Shown here one piece after another: positions 12,762 through 26,384 of a stretch of DNA of 64,000 bases; positions within the stretch are counted from its first letter, which is position 1, and the number at the start of each line of letters is the position of its first letter. The DNA comes from Raillietiella orientalis. Its lineage: Eukaryota. The notes under the pieces are model-generated. The model saw nothing but the letters and a program-made list of their open reading frames with translations. It ran no database searches and was not told the DNA's origin. The stretch covers positions 1,984,001 to 2,048,000 of the forward strand of contig JAYWIR010000024.1 of NCBI GenBank assembly GCA_036172245.1. The letters are read 5' to 3'. The position numbers and the translations under genes were made by a program.

Positions 12762-15700
12762 GGAGTCCCTGCGTGTGCTTGAGATCCATGGGCAGCAGCA
12801 CGTTTTTCCAGCAGCTCGGAAGTGTGGTACGACCGACGAAGCGAGAGCGCAGACCAAGGAGGAGGGATCGCGCGCGGAATGCAGCTGACCACGTGCCACA
12901 CCATCCTTGAGGAGCACTTCCACGAAGTGCAACTCGGGGGCGAGTGCGAGGAGGAGCGCGCGTAAGGCTTCCTGGAGAACTGGAAGGAAACTGCAGACAA
13001 AATAAAATAAAAGTGCGGTGGTTGTTTTGAGCGTCCTCGTTTTGTTTTGTTTTGTTTTGTTTTCTTCCTCTTTCCTTTCTGTAATGAAAGAGCAGCTTTA
13101 TTAAGTGGAAGCGGTGCGAGGGAGAAACTTTCAAATGCCCTTCAGGGAACGATCTCTTGTTACCCTTCTCGCACCGAGTTGGGTGTTTCCTCCCACTGTG
13201 ACGAATGGATTCCTTCAAGTGCGTTTAAACAGCGCTTCCATCAAAAACATATGTCTTTTTTTTTTTTTTTCCTGCTTTTTTCGAAGGTGCTGTTTGCTTC
13301 GTGATTATTATCGGGAACGAGAATCTACGCGCATCCTTGTCGAGTTGCTTCTTCAGAGATGCAAAGACGAAATGGAATGGCAACTACAAAGTAAAAATGG
13401 AACAACACGAAGACAATGCCTTGTTGCTTGTGCGTGTTTGCTGCGCCCTAGGTGTTCTTCTTCACCTCCTTCTACAGCATCGACAGCACCGTTCTGTAAA
13501 CATGGGGGTTTTGTGCCAATTCTCGGGATGTTGACTCTTTTGGTAGCATTTGCAGCTGGGAGCCCTGGAGGAGATGCCGCTCAGGGTGCGGCGGTGCCCT
13601 TGCTGTGGGTTGGTCGCCTCGATCGCACGTGTTCCAAAAGTGTCTGCCAGCTGGACGGTGAGAAAGGGCGAAGATTCTTCTTGCTCGGGTCGTTCTGATT
13701 CCCTTGGAGCGAGCTCTCCAGGAGACTTTCTAAAGCTGTTCTGCAATCTCTTTGGTTCTCCTTTCCCAATTAGATTTTCCGATTCGCGATTGGGGTATTT
13801 CCCCACCTCTCTATCGAAATCATCTATCCTTGCGGGTTTCAAAAATATCCTGAAAGCGTTTGATCGTAATGATCTCCCTCAGCGAGTGTTGCAAGAGTTT
13901 GATTAGAAACGCGCTGCGCCGTCGTTAGCTGCGATCTCTCCTGCCGCAGAGGCGAATAAAATATCCGTTTCGCTAGCGTTTTTTTCTTCTCCGCATGCCG
14001 TTCTTTTCGCTGTAACTTTCATGTTCATTAATCATTTAAACGTACTTTCCGGCAGGCTGCACCGAGTCTTCGTTTGCGTCAGCGCCGTTTCGGCGATGTG
14101 CCACGCCGCGCCGCTGCGTTTCGCCTCTCCCGGAGTCCGTGTGAGAGGAAACGAATAGGTGGTGGTGGTGGTGGTGGTAGGGGTAGGGAAGGACGCACCA
14201 TTTTTGCCTTTTTGTTTTCGGTGCTGGCTTCTCTTCCGCAAACCTCTGCTTCGCTGCCGTACATTTTTTTCTCTCTCTCTCCCTCCTCCGGAAGCGGAAG
14301 TCGTTCCCGAAATCTCGCGGAGCTTCCTACGGTCTTCGGCTCGCAAAAAAAGGGGGAAGCCAAACCCCAACGAACAAAGGAAGGAGGAAAGCTGATCAGG
14401 TTTTCGACAGAAGTTTGTTCGGGCAGTTGTGAGCTGAATCAGAACAAGTGCGCTCCCACCGGAGTGCGCGCTTCGGAAGACGTGGTGCCCGGAATCGGTC
14501 TTTCGCAGCGTTTCTTCCTCCGGGATGCGTGCGGCCGTGTGTTCTGAACGATCCTTTTGCCACGATCAGTAGACGAATAGGGGGGAAAGACCGCTTATGC
14601 AACCCACCTGAGAAGTCGTTTCGAAAACACGCAGGAAAAGTTCAATCGGGTCAAACGCCTCGGGTCGTGTTTAGGCGCAGCGCGTGTGAGGCCGAAGAGA
14701 GTGTGTTCCAAGAGTGCAGATAAACAGTATGCTGTGCGATCTGGCGCGACAAGGGGGATGATGCAAAGCTCAAAAGGTTTCAAAGTCTGCGAGAAGTGAA
14801 ATGCGCAAAGCCGACAAAGCGCTTCCTGATTCTGCAACGGAAAGGGCCGTTTGCGTGGCGACGACTGCCACGGAGTCGTCGTCTGCAGCAGCGTGGACAA
14901 GGGAAGGGCGCTTCGACGGACAAGCAACCCAGAAGCGGGTCACTCGAGCTCTTCCACTGGCGGCCTTCACGTTCTACTCATTGCAAGAGATTGCGAAGAG
15001 AATGCCACTTTCAGACTCTGCCAGTCGTGATTTCCGAAGATGCTAGCAGTTTCCCATGCAAAGTCTCAAAGGAAACGGGAAAGGAAAACTAATTTCACAC
15101 GGAACTGTACATAACGTGTCTGTTCCGCCACCTCCAGGACGTCAGCAGGTGTGCTTTCTTGTCCAACGCGGCGTCGCTCATGTAGAAGGACGGGCATCTT
15201 CAACGACCGTGTTTCTCTTCGGGCGCCGATTCAGCTTCGAGAACGCCTTCCTTCGGTCCAACCTTCGGGGAGTAGGCAGTGGGGCTAACTGCACGGAGGC
15301 AGGCGGCGCACGCAGTCCCCGGATTCGCACTGAAACCGAAGAGCGAGAGGACCGTAAACGTTCTTCGTCATCGCACAGTCAGGCACCGGTGCGAAGCAAT
15401 GAGGACGGCACGTGGGTGATTTTTGCCCCTCCGCCCGATGGGAACGAAGCGGTGCTTCTCACTCGCTCGGCGGCGAGTGAGAAGATGTGAGCATCTTCCA
15501 GAAAATTCGCGAAACGTTCGCTTGCGTGGAATTTTCAGAGTTCAGCCATCCCCGGACCAAGGCTCCTTTTTGTCTTCAGGCAACGGCGCCGTCCTGCCGC
15601 AGCCTAACCGTTGCTGCGTGGCTCCGATGCGTAAGGGAGGACCACAGGTGACGCAGGAGCTGGAAAACTGAAGCGAGGGGGGGGGGAGGGGAAAGAGGGG

Positions 15701-16440
15701 GCAGGAAACGTTCACGCAACTTCGGTTTTGTGCGTTCACTTTTCCCCCTTTAATTTCCTGGACGTTTGCGGCCTTCAGCTGAAACTCTCTCGCTCATGTT
15801 CCCTTTCCCATGTTGGTATAATCTGCTCGCAGCTGTTGGTTCAGCTGGAAGGCCGATGGGCCCTGGAAGACTGCTTTCGACCGTGCGGAGGATGCTGCTC
15901 GGAGAGGCGTAAAAGCCCGCACGCATGCGATTCGACCGCCGGAGTGCGAACCGCGCGTCGTTTGGACCTCGGGCCACCTCCCCTTTGAAGAGACTTTGCG
16001 GCGCGCGGATCTCATGTCTCTTCCTCCTGCCTAGGCGACCAAACGCTGCTTGCTCGCGTGCCGTTCCGGGCGTGGGGCGTCAAATCCTTTCCGGATTTCT
16101 CCTCCCCCTCTTTTCCGAGATCGCTCCCTCACGCCTTCGAAATTTTCTTTCTTTTCTTTTTGTTTCCTTTTTTCACTCAAGAGCCTGCGTCCACGCGTAA
16201 GGCGTGGGAGACTCTCAGGAAAGTCACTTTTCGTGACTCGTTTGGCCACAAGAGGTTCTCCCGGAGCCCAGCTCCGGTGCTCGTGGGCATGGATGCGGAT
16301 CGGGACCAAGAAAGACTTTTCAAAGCCCTTATCGAACTTCTCGAACGCTCATCCCGTGTGCGCTGAGTTTCTTGAGCTCTTTCATGCTGCGCTTTCTGTT
16401 CCAGGTGACCACATGAAGCGGAGGGGAAAGGACGATGCCA

Positions 16441-17100
16441 CCCGGCTACGCCGGGACGTTTATTAAAACATTTCAACGGTCAGTACATTACGTGGTATAA
16501 GGCCCCACTAACGGCCAACATTTCGCCGGACCTGCCGGGACGCTGGTACGCAGACCAGCGTGACTCTCCTCAGCAGTGGAAGGGGAAGGGGGGAAAAACA
16601 AAAAGAAAAATAAACCAGTAACCAAAAAAAAAAGAGTTTTTGGAGGGAAGGGAAGGGATCACTGCCCACTGGGAGGAGGGTCCATCCTTAGCAGGATACC
16701 CTCGAGGTCCTCCTTCAAGCTATCCAGCTGGGGCCATCCAGTAGCTCTCCGCAGGAAGCGAACAGCATATGGGATGACGTCCGTTACGGTGGAATCTTCA
16801 TCTTCGGCTTCACTCCAGGCCGCCACAATACCACGGATGCAGCAAAGTGCTGCGAGGGCTGCGGCTGGCTTCAGGGAGTCCCGCACGAAGAGAAGACTGT
16901 AAACATTCCTGGGGTTGCCACGAACCGGTATCCCGAGGGCCGTTCCAAGACGATCCCAAAGAATCCGGAGGGCAGGGCAGTCAACTAGGAGGTGAGGGGA
17001 AAGGACGAAGGCTCCCTGAATGGTCACTCGTTTTTTCAAGCAGCTGCTTGGCGTGCCATCGAAGATTTCCGCTGAAGACGATGCTCTTTGCCCTTTTCTT
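16441..17100 (-). mobile_element. L1/Tx1-like LINE 3' fragment (copy 1)
   Basis: PHLLVDCPALRILW..LG zinc-finger-like C-terminus, ALCCIRGIVAAWSEAE motif, pyrimidine-rich 3' UTR and the family terminal hairpin. Confidence 0.8.
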
Positions 17101-17829
17101 GCCATGAGCTTCACGCTCCTTCTCTCGTTGTGATTTCATTGGATCCAGGTGCCTCTTCCTCCTCCCCTCGTCGTCTCTGTTCGTTGGGAGGCCTGTCGAC
17201 GGGGTCTCCTGTAACTGTTTCCTGGTCATACCACGCCTTTGCTGGCGATTCGCGAGGCGATGCCGTTGCATCGTCCCCCCTCCCTTGTCCTCCCGGAAGA
17301 GGGACTCGTCGGTTCCGAAACGATTCTGGTTTCGGCCTGTTTCTTTGGCATCTCGAGGAGGTCCCGCGCAGGTTCTGGAGTCACTTCGGGGACTCGGCAC
17401 CTTGCCTCTGGCAAAGAGCGTGCTCAGTGGCGGTGAGAGTTTCTCTGCTCCAACCGCCTGCTTGCTGAACTCTCTATCACCAAGGAGCTCGTGAGGTTCA
17501 CTGAGGCGCGATTGTTGCTGACATCTACCACCTTCCGTTTTCTTCCGAGGCGGAGCGGATGGAGAGTTCCGGAAGAGCGGCGAAAAGGGAAAGAAGGTAT
17601 CTGGCCGGGCTCGTCATTCCTCATTGCCCCTTCCAGAAAAGCAGAGGAATCGACGTTCCAGTCTCTGTGGAGGCAGCTCTCCGCTTTCCCTTCTGGCAAG
17701 CACCCGGAGGAATGTTCGAAAGCGCCACTGTAGGCGGAGGAGGTTTCCATCGGAGGGGGCATTGCAACGGTTTCCTCGGCTTATGAGCTTGCTGGCTTAA
17801 TCTCTTCCGATCTTCAGAGCCTCCAAGAA

Positions 17830-18957
17830 TTTTTCCCTCTGGAGGAGTGTTCCTTGATACTCTGGAGAGGCGACCCCCTGAGGGAGGTGTTAACTAGCTC
17901 CATGGCACGCAGTAAAGGGGTTCCCTCCCTGAGGGGAGAAAGGGACGGCTCCATTTTCGCGACCGGAGGGGAACCCCTAAAGACTCCTCCTAGAAGGACC
18001 TCGGAAGGTCAACTTCCAAATTCCAGCCACTCAAAGAGGGCATCCAGGGGTTTCTAGCTTTTACCAGTGCCGCACCTGGAAACCTACTGGCCAGCCAGCC
18101 AGTAGGCTTCAAGGGTGGGTGAGTAGCGGAAGAACTCGAAACCCACGACCATTTCTCCGCGCTGATTCATTTTCAGCTGGAATTCGATCCCATTGCACGG
18201 AGATCGCAGCCACACGGCCGCACCAACGCGGCCCGGAGGAACGCTTTGGGCCTCTCCGAAGGATCAGAGAGAAACGGACGGACAGCGGTCAGTGCGCGGC
18301 GGGGAAGCGGAGGCAAGCAGACTGGCAGCTGTGACCTCGTTGGACCCCAGGGAGGGAGAGGAAGGAACGCTTGAACTGTACCAGATGTGGAGAAAGAAAG
18401 TCTCTCCCGCACCTGCTTCTGGATTGTGTTGATTTCCGGTCCCTGTAGGAACGCTTTGCCACGACCCTAGGGACTGCCGATGGCAGCCCCAGAGATGCTT
18501 GGAAACTCCTCTTCTTACGCGACGCTGCCAGCCGCATTCCCCAGCAGCTCTTTGCTGCCTACTCAGGATTGAGGTTTCCTGGAGCACCGCCGAGAGAGGC
18601 AAGAGCGACGAGGGATGCCATCCGTTATGCGGCCCGCTACTTGAGAATACAACGAGATGGCCCCATCCGGGGGGAGCATGCATCCTGAACTTGACGGCAT
18701 CCTCGTATGGATGCAGAGAATGCCCCAAAGCAAACAGAGATCCTTTCCCCCACCCCCACCCCCCATCCAGAGTTTCTTTTATGTATTTTGATTTAATTTT
18801 TTTTTGTTTCCCTTCCCTCTGAGGTAGATCCGATTCTCGCCAGTCTGCGCACCGGTTTCTCGGTAGGTTCTTCGATCAGTGGACGTGGCAGGGGCAGCCG
18901 TCCTACAGCCCCTTTGTGCGTTTCTTGATTGCAAGAAACGCTCCGGCGCAACCGGGT
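17830..18957 (+). mobile_element. L1/Tx1-like LINE, internally deleted (copy 2)
   Basis: Shared 5' block (homologous to 28235-28350, 43400-43700 and 48455-48700) joined to a CTRCGE..LPHLLLDC C-terminus and the family 3' UTR. Confidence 0.75.
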
Positions 18958-20089
18958 AAGGAGGCAGATCCGGCCGAGTGGTTTCGCCTACACGACGGTG
19001 CCGGACGTGCTCCCAAGGAACCTCGTTCAGCGGAAGGTTCATACGTTTCCAGGGAAAAAGAGTGAGGGAGGGGGAGGGGGAACTCACCTTTTTCGAGCTT
19101 CTTCGGCTTCCTGATGTGGTGCAGCGCGCCTGGAGAGTTTGCTGACAGTGGTCCATCAGAAGGTCGTGCGGGACTCCTGGACTCTGTCGAAGACGGTTTG
19201 CTTCCTCAGGTAGCCGGTTGACCAATCCTTTTCTTTCCACTTCTCCCGGTCTACCCTTCTCCCCTCTCTCACTCCACTGCGTCGTTGCTGTTGTCGTCGC
19301 CTAGTTCGCGAGGACACTTACCCGTCCCAGGGAGCGACCGAAGAGGTCCCGATTCGTTTCCCGGTCAACACAGTCGCGACGGGAGCAGGGATTTAGGGCG
19401 GGGTCGTTGTCACGAAACCCCTGCAGGAGTGAGTCAATTACCTAAAGGCTCATGCTGCCGGGAGAAACTCACCGGTACAAGTCATCTGCCCTACCGAAGA
19501 ACCGTAGGACTCCGTACTCCCGGATGTTCCCATCTATTCCACGTTAATGGCGATACTCCTCCTGAGTGTGTTCCTGCCCTTCCCTCCCCGAGGTCTCCTT
19601 GAGGTACCTACAGCCCCGGATGCGGCGCACAGATCCTCCGAAGCCCGTGTGTGGTGGAAGGGGTGCGTGTGGAAAGGGAACACATGCCATCCCTCACGTG
19701 ATTGGCGAACCGTGTTGAATCTCGCGACCGTGTTGACCGGAAACGAATCTCTGCCTGGGATGTTCCTGAACTCCACCTTCCCTCGACTCCTCACTTATTG
19801 TTGTCTCCCGTCGCTTTTTCCCTCGTTGAGACCAAGGAGAGAGCCGGCGAACCTGAGGAGGAGGACCGCCGTGGAGATGGCGCAAGGCGCTTGAGGTTGG
19901 GAGGCGCTGCTGCGCAGCCATGCGGAGGTGTCTGGTCGGTCATCCTGACACCGAGGAGGGCGTGGCTGCGATCTGGAGACTAATTCTCGGGATGGGCGGT
20001 GCCGTTCCTTCCACGTGCCAGCTCCCGGTCCGCTGCGCAGGTCCGGAGACTTCGTTGCTGCAAGGCAGCCGCCGCAGTATCGGTCAGGG

Positions 20090-20480
20090 TACAGTGGTCT
20101 CCCGGAAACTGGACCAAGATCAAGGAGGTCAAGATCTCCCAACGGTCAAGATCCTCCGGCAGCGTCGATGGACCTCCCTCCCGCAGCCTCCTTTCTGAGA
20201 ACTTTCTTGCTCGAAGGCGGCAGCTGGCACCTGGGCGCGGGTGACGCCCGCACAACGTGCCTACGCGACGTCTCGGGAGGCTGCCTCACGGCAGCGCGAA
20301 GCGACGCCAACACCAAGAAATGGCCTGAATTGACCCGCTCCGCACCGCTTCTGCAGTGTGCTCCCCGAAACATGTTGGAACGCCGCTCGCGCTCTTTCTA
20401 GGAAAGTGCGGCGAGTGGTCGGCTACATCTCCCTAGATACGCCAGGTGTCCCAGCTGAGCGCTGTCAGAGGAACGGCGAC
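20090..20480 (+). mobile_element. Degenerate L1-type RT N-terminal fragment
   Basis: Frameshifted SSGSVDGPP (like KSPGxDG) and ARALSRKVRRVVGYISLDTPGVPAER (like RT domains 1-2). Confidence 0.45.
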
Positions 20481-21219
20481 GTGGACGGAAGGCCACGGCG
20501 TTCCTACTCTCGGGGCGTGCAGCAGTGGGCAAGGACGCTGTCGCTAAGGAGACCGGAGGAGTCCTTAGCCTATGCGGTGCCGCCGTAGGAACGGCTAAAT
20601 CGAGAAGAATACCGCTAAGCCGATGCAGGACCGCTGGGATCTCCTCTCCTGGAGGACGAACTTGTCTCCCGTCGCCGGTGCATTCCAAGCTCAAGAAGGA
20701 GCCTCCTCTTCCCGGATGCACAAGGGCATTCGTGACGAACAAAGGTGCAACAACAAGAGAAGGTCAGTGATCTGCCGATCCCAAGCGGAAGAGCCTCATT
20801 GGAGACAACCGGGCAGGAATTGAGGGAAGAGGGTGAACCAGCTAGTGAACGGAGAGGATCAGCCTCATGGTGATCGTCGCCGTTCGCGAAAGTCAGAACG
20901 GGGTGGGAAGGAAGGAGGACATGGGATGCCATTGCCACTCGAGTCGACTGTTTCACCCTCATTTGCCCCAGGGGTCTGTTTCCTGCCATTATCGGCCTGG
21001 CCCATTTCGCCGCGCTGGGCGGCTCGAGGGCAACGGAGGTTGCCAGCGGCGCCCTTGGACGGCTACTCATCCTGTGTACCGCGAAGGAAGCGGTGCGACG
21101 AACCCTTGCGCCGGAGCCCGGAGGAGGAGCGTCCTGGGTGCGGGTTCCGTCTTCCCTCCTGGGACGACGGGAACTGCACCCGACGAATGGGACGACGACG
21201 AGAGCAATGACAACGCAGG

Positions 21220-21560
21220 GGGCCAGGAGCAAAGAGTACGGGAGGGAGCAGGAGTTGGAGTGGGAAGAGGAATAGTCAGGGAAAGAGTAGGTCCGGAAGC
21301 AGAAGTGAGAGTGGGAGAAAGGGTAGGGTAGTAGAAGTGAGAGAAGAAGAAAGAGGAGGAGAAAGTGTGACGGAAAGAGTAGAGGAAACGGTAGGGAGTG
21401 AGAGAAAGACAAAAAGCAGGAGCAAGAGCAGGGAAAGGCGTGGAAGCACTACTATCACTACCACCATTACTACTTCTACTAGTAGTAGCAGGAGGACGGG
21501 GAAGAAGAGGAGAAGAAGGAGTAGTAGTAGTAGGAGGAAAAGGGAATAGGAGGAGGGTAT
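21220..21560. repeat. Purine-rich low-complexity tract (GAG/AGT/AGA)
   Basis: Seen directly. Confidence 0.85.
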
Positions 21561-21579
21561 GATTCTCTTTAATATGGTT

Positions 21580-22100
21580 CACCCGCGCTGCCTGAAAGTG
21601 TCAGAAGATGACCCAGGCAGGGAGGCAACCGGTAGTTCCTAAATGGTGGGTTTCCTGATGACAATGTCGAGGGAAACGATCGAAACGCTCAAGTGGCCTC
21701 GGGATGCAGGTCCAGCTCTACTGCAGGTTTCGACTCATTGGAGACTCGAGCGTCAGAGGTTTCCATTTCCGACGTCTTTGCAGGGCCCTTGCGGTGAAAG
21801 AGCGCAGGTGGCTGCAGGTGACGGCCAGTCTCCTGAAGAGTGCCACGTACTGCAACCCGTGCTCCCTTCTAAGCTTCGGTTTGCCTTCTCCCGGCTCGCC
21901 CATCTGCGATTCCTCTGCGCCTCGCAGAAGAAATCGTCCACAGCTGCTGCTGCTGCGTCTGTTTCGTTTACCTGCGACGGTGCTGGGCGAAGACACGGCC
22001 AGCATCCATATCTGATCCGATCCATGTATTCCTGGAAAGTGCCGTTTCCCTTCCTCCTCTTCGTGCAGCCGCAGCTGCTGACAGGCTGTCTGCTAGGTGT
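21580..22100 (-). mobile_element. Degenerate L1-type EN-RT linker / RT start
   Basis: Frameshifted AAVDDFF, RSLEG, HGLQYVALFRRL and RNYR segments in the expected order. Confidence 0.35.
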
Positions 22101-23479
22101 GCCAGGGGAGGGGAGGGAGGTCAGAGCTCTCCTCCGTCCTTTTGGTAGTGACTCGAGGGACCACAGGAGATCCGTTGGCGTCTAAAATGATCTCAAGATG
22201 CCCTACAGCAAGGCGGAGTCGTGTTGTCCCGGGGATCGCCGAAGGGCAGCTTCCCCAAGAGCTAGTTGGTGCGGTCGCTGGGAACTGGGAGCGCCAGCAT
22301 GCTGCCCACAGCCCGTGGCGCGGAATCCTCGGGAATGGCCGGGGCTGAGAGCTCGGCCTGCTGTCCACCGGTTCTCCCCATTCTTTCCCGCATCTATCCT
22401 TCCCGGGTGTTCTCTCCCTCCCCTCAGCGTGCGACCTGGTCCCTTCCTTTTCACGTCGCTGCTTCCTGCGCGTCCTCTTGCGGAAGAGGATGGCGGTCAG
22501 CAAGACGAGGAGGAGGGTCCGAGGCACCAATTCCGTAGGCTCTGGTAAGGGCACGCAAAAAGATCGAGCACAGTCTGGTCCTGGTCCTTCTCGAAGCTTC
22601 CCCACGAGTGACCAACTCTTCGGTCTTTCTTCTACGTTGCGGCGGCGCACCGCTATTGCGCACCACCAATAGCGTAGACGTTCTCGACCGGGAAGAACCC
22701 TCACGGGATGAGGCATCGTGGGGGACCCCCCCCTGCGCGTGGGGTGCCGGAACTGAGCCTGTCTGCAGTGCGTTCAGTGAGGGCGGGGTGATGGCGTCTC
22801 TTTCGCTGACCCCACTTCAGAGAGGGAGGAGAGCGAGTGATGACCTCAGGACCCCCTGCACCAGGGCATTCTTGCTTGAGGAGCCGTGACGAAGTGAGGA
22901 CATGCTGGTGTTCGTGTTTACCGGGGCTCCATCCGAGAACTTTGCCTCCGCCTCTCCCCCCCGCTGAGGGCGCGCCATCATCACGAGCGGAAGGGGTGGG
23001 GTGGGGTGGAATCTTCCACGAAGCTGCGCCAGGTGCTATCGTAGGCGACTGAGCTGTCTCCTGTCCCCTCCGAGGCGGCGGTCGCCATCTTGCGCGCAGC
23101 ATCCGGTCTCTTCTCGCTGAATTGCCTCAGCGGCGCCCTGAGGCCACTCGGACGTATCCGTGCCAGGGAAGGCGTCCTCTCCCTCACTGTACGAGCCCCG
23201 GGGTGCGGCACCACCTCCTTCCTTCCCTTTCCCTCCTCCTTTCTTGTGCCGTCCTCTCGCGCGGGCGTTCCTAGCGGAGGAGGTGGAATGCCCACGAGGC
23301 TTCAGCGACGCCTGAGTCCGCGCGGCTGCCGGGGAGACGCCGGGTGAAAGTTCCCACCTTGACGGGTCATAGGCGGCACGCGAAGAACAAGGAGCTGCGT
23401 TCAGGGACCACCTGGCGCCACGGGAGGGAGGGGCGAAAGAGGGTTCACGGAAGAAAGTGAAAGTGGAGAGAGGTCGCTT

Positions 23480-24330
23480 GGAATCAGAGGCGGGTAGTGC
23501 TCGTGACCCCGCTCCAGCTCACGGAAGGCGGCCCATGGAGGCGCACACAGAGAGAAACAACGAAAAGTGGAAACCAGACCGCACTCGTCGCCACCAACAG
23601 CGAGAAGTTCTCTTCTGCCCTCTGCTCCTACCGGCGGTTGCGCTTCGCATGGTTTTTCGTTCTCTGGAGGGGTGCATCTGCGACAGCCTTGAGAATAGGA
23701 GGGTAGAGGATGCGGGGAGAGCGAAAGGCTTTCCTTCGTGGGCAGCCTTCAGCGGTTCCTCTCCTGGAGACAGCGGCACCTGTGTGCGGGCGACCCGCAG
23801 GGTTTTCTTGCCCAAGGCGGAGCGTCACGCGAATGCAACGCATTCTTTCGGGATCGGAAAGGATCCCGGAGGCTTCCGAGATGATGATTCGACGTATGAG
23901 GAAGCGGAGACCCCTCGTTCCGGGGTTGACCCCGCTTCCCTTCGTACTCTCTCCACCGCCGGCTTCCCTCCGCGTGCCTACAGGGGCGCCGCGCGAAGCG
24001 GGTCTGTGTGTGCAGCAGCCTCACGTCGCGGAGATAGGCAGAGGCTGTTTGTCATGGTGATCGCGTGCCCAGAGCGCTGCATGCCGTGTTTAGGAGCCAG
24101 TCGTTTGTTCCCGGTTCCTGGAGGCGGCCGAAGGCTTTTATTTTTCGAAAATGGGCGGTTGAACCTGGGTGTCGCTTAGCCGCCAGAGGCCTCCGTTTTG
24201 AAATGGTCAGCTGCTGATTCTTCAGGGTGCGGATCTGAAGCTTCCACTGACGTTTTTGGGGGAGAGAGCCCTGAGGAGTTCCGCAAGCTTCTGAGTGCGT
24301 GGTTGCCCTGCCTCTGCGTCCAACACCGAA
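23480..24330 (+). mobile_element. Helitron PIF1-helicase C-terminal remnant (frameshifted)
   Basis: Ordered degenerate motifs: FSCPRRSV..RIL..ERIP (like ILxPxNxxVxxIN..IPG), PASLRTLSTAGFPP (like EFLxSLxxxGxPPH), LSRQRPP (like RxQFP), GQLLILQGADLKLP (like GQTLxxVGxDL). Confidence 0.55.
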
Positions 24331-26384
24331 GCTCGGAGGAACGAGGAGGCTTCGCGACACCCAGTCAGGTTCAGGGAAAGTAAGGGGGACAACGGGTGTC
24401 TTGAGAACGCGCGTGCCCTCTAGCATCCCCTATAGCACCAAGCACTTTGCCCACGCGCCCCGTTGGCAAACTCTTCCTCTCAGACGCCACTACAGAAGCA
24501 GCAGGCTGTCCACAGCAGTAACTTCCAGCTGGGCTGTCATAGCGACGAGGGAGCTTTTCGTCCGGAGAGCATCCTCCATCAGTTCCTCCAAGACGGATGG
24601 AGCATCTAGACGGATGGAACGAACAGGCGACTCCGTGTGGGTGCACGACTAAGGTTCCTCATGAGCCCCGAACTGCCGTGAATTTCCCTCAAAGGGCAAA
24701 CCTTCCTTCCTAGGATGAAGAATTCTCTGAAAAGGCCCACGGGAATGACGCTTCGGTTTCAAGTAAAAAAACACCAAGTGTTTCCTACTTTGAAGATACA
24801 AACGATTTTATTGCTCATGTGTGCCGTTACATAACTGGTTATAGGGGGGCTGTGGACATTCTTCCTCAGTTCCTCCACTGTTTACTTGGAGTTGGGCCTC
24901 TAAAGAGATTGAAGGTTTTCAGTGCATCCCGAATTGCCTGCCGGTCATTTCCGAGCATTCCTTCATAAATCAAAATAAACAGAGGAACAGCGAACGGTAG
25001 AAGCAACAAACAGGAAACAGGAAGAACAAACAAGCAACACGCAGGAAGGACAACAAACGGGAAGCAGGAAACGAAGGATTCGTAAGAAAGATTTGGAGTT
25101 TTGAAGAACGGCTTCCCGGTCTTTTGGTAAAGATCAAAGTTGCGTTCTGGAAGAGGGTGGAAGCCGTCGAGTGGGAGGTGTTGGAGAGCAAGTGAGGAAG
25201 AGGAGCCAAGAAACAAAGGAAAAGAAAGGAAAGGAGGGAAGGCAGGGAAGAGGTGACCGGTTAGCCGTCTCCCACTAGCCTGCGCTCTCCTTCGCTTCCC
25301 TTCCTCTCCCCATTCCAGAGGGAGACACTTCGCCACGCCCAAAGGTGGAACGAGCAGGTTCTCGCGGTCGTTGGCGCAACCCGATGGCGGCGAGCTCAGA
25401 GGACCGCCCCTCTTCCTTCAGACACAAAACCCGTCGCTTGTGAGGCGGCGCCGCAGCAGTTCCTCTCCCAGGGTGCCCTTCGGGTGCGGCGGTGTTGCAA
25501 CGGCGAGAGAATCGATTCAGGCTGAAGGGCTGTTCCTGACCCTGGCAACCCTTTAGCGTAAAAGTTCGGCTCGCTCATGATATGCGAGCCCGGATCTGCT
25601 CCTAATTGCCATGCAGGCAGAGAGCTGCGTGTCCAGTGGTTTTCGGTGCTTTTGAAGGAGATTGGACCACCTTTCGGTGAAAACGCGTTTCCATGGAAAA
25701 AAAAAAGATGTTCTCAGATTGAGTGCTTTAAACGCAGCATCTTTGCTTGGGATGGGAAGCTCTCGAGTGAAAAGGTTTCAAAACTGGTTGCATCGTAAAG
25801 GCAATAAAAAAAAAAAAGGGAGCTTTGATTAAGGAAAAAGAGGAAAGGTTCTCCAGCTAGACGACCAGGTGATGAGGAGAGCTGACACGTTTGGTCTTTC
25901 AACCATGAGCAGGACGGGGTCCAGTAAGTTCCAAGGAAAGAAGCCAAGAGGATTCAGAATTGCGGAAGGAAATCTAAGACGACGATCCCGGAAAATGGTT
26001 TTCTTGGTCCAGAAGCTGATGCTAATGGATTCGGCAGAAGATAATTAGAGCGGTAACCAGTGAGAGTGCAGCAAAAGTAGGGTCTACTAAGAACGTACCA
26101 ATCTGGTGAAAGAGGAACGCTCGATTGCTTCTCGCAACCAATGATGGCAAAGTTGGCTGCTACGTAGAACAAACTCTGCAAATCAACCTCTTTTATCTTT
26201 CCAGCTGCTCTTCAGGCAGATGAAGCACGCCGTCGCTCTTCCGCCTGCCCCTGTCTGGGCCATAAACTGGCATAGGGGACAGCGGGCCAGGTGATGAAGT
26301 GGTCCATCACGTAAAGACTGAGCCATGGAGAGCTAGTTCGTGAAATCCATCACACATACCGGTACGGGTGTCCTTCCGAAGAAG

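Noticed and set aside
21655..21690. CTGATGA...CGAAAC hammerhead-like spacing
   Set aside because: Stem II does not close directly on the core, and the site lies inside a degenerate LINE coding remnant.
24395..24425. Helitron 3' terminus (hairpin plus CTAG)
   Set aside because: CTAG is present but there is no clear GC hairpin upstream.
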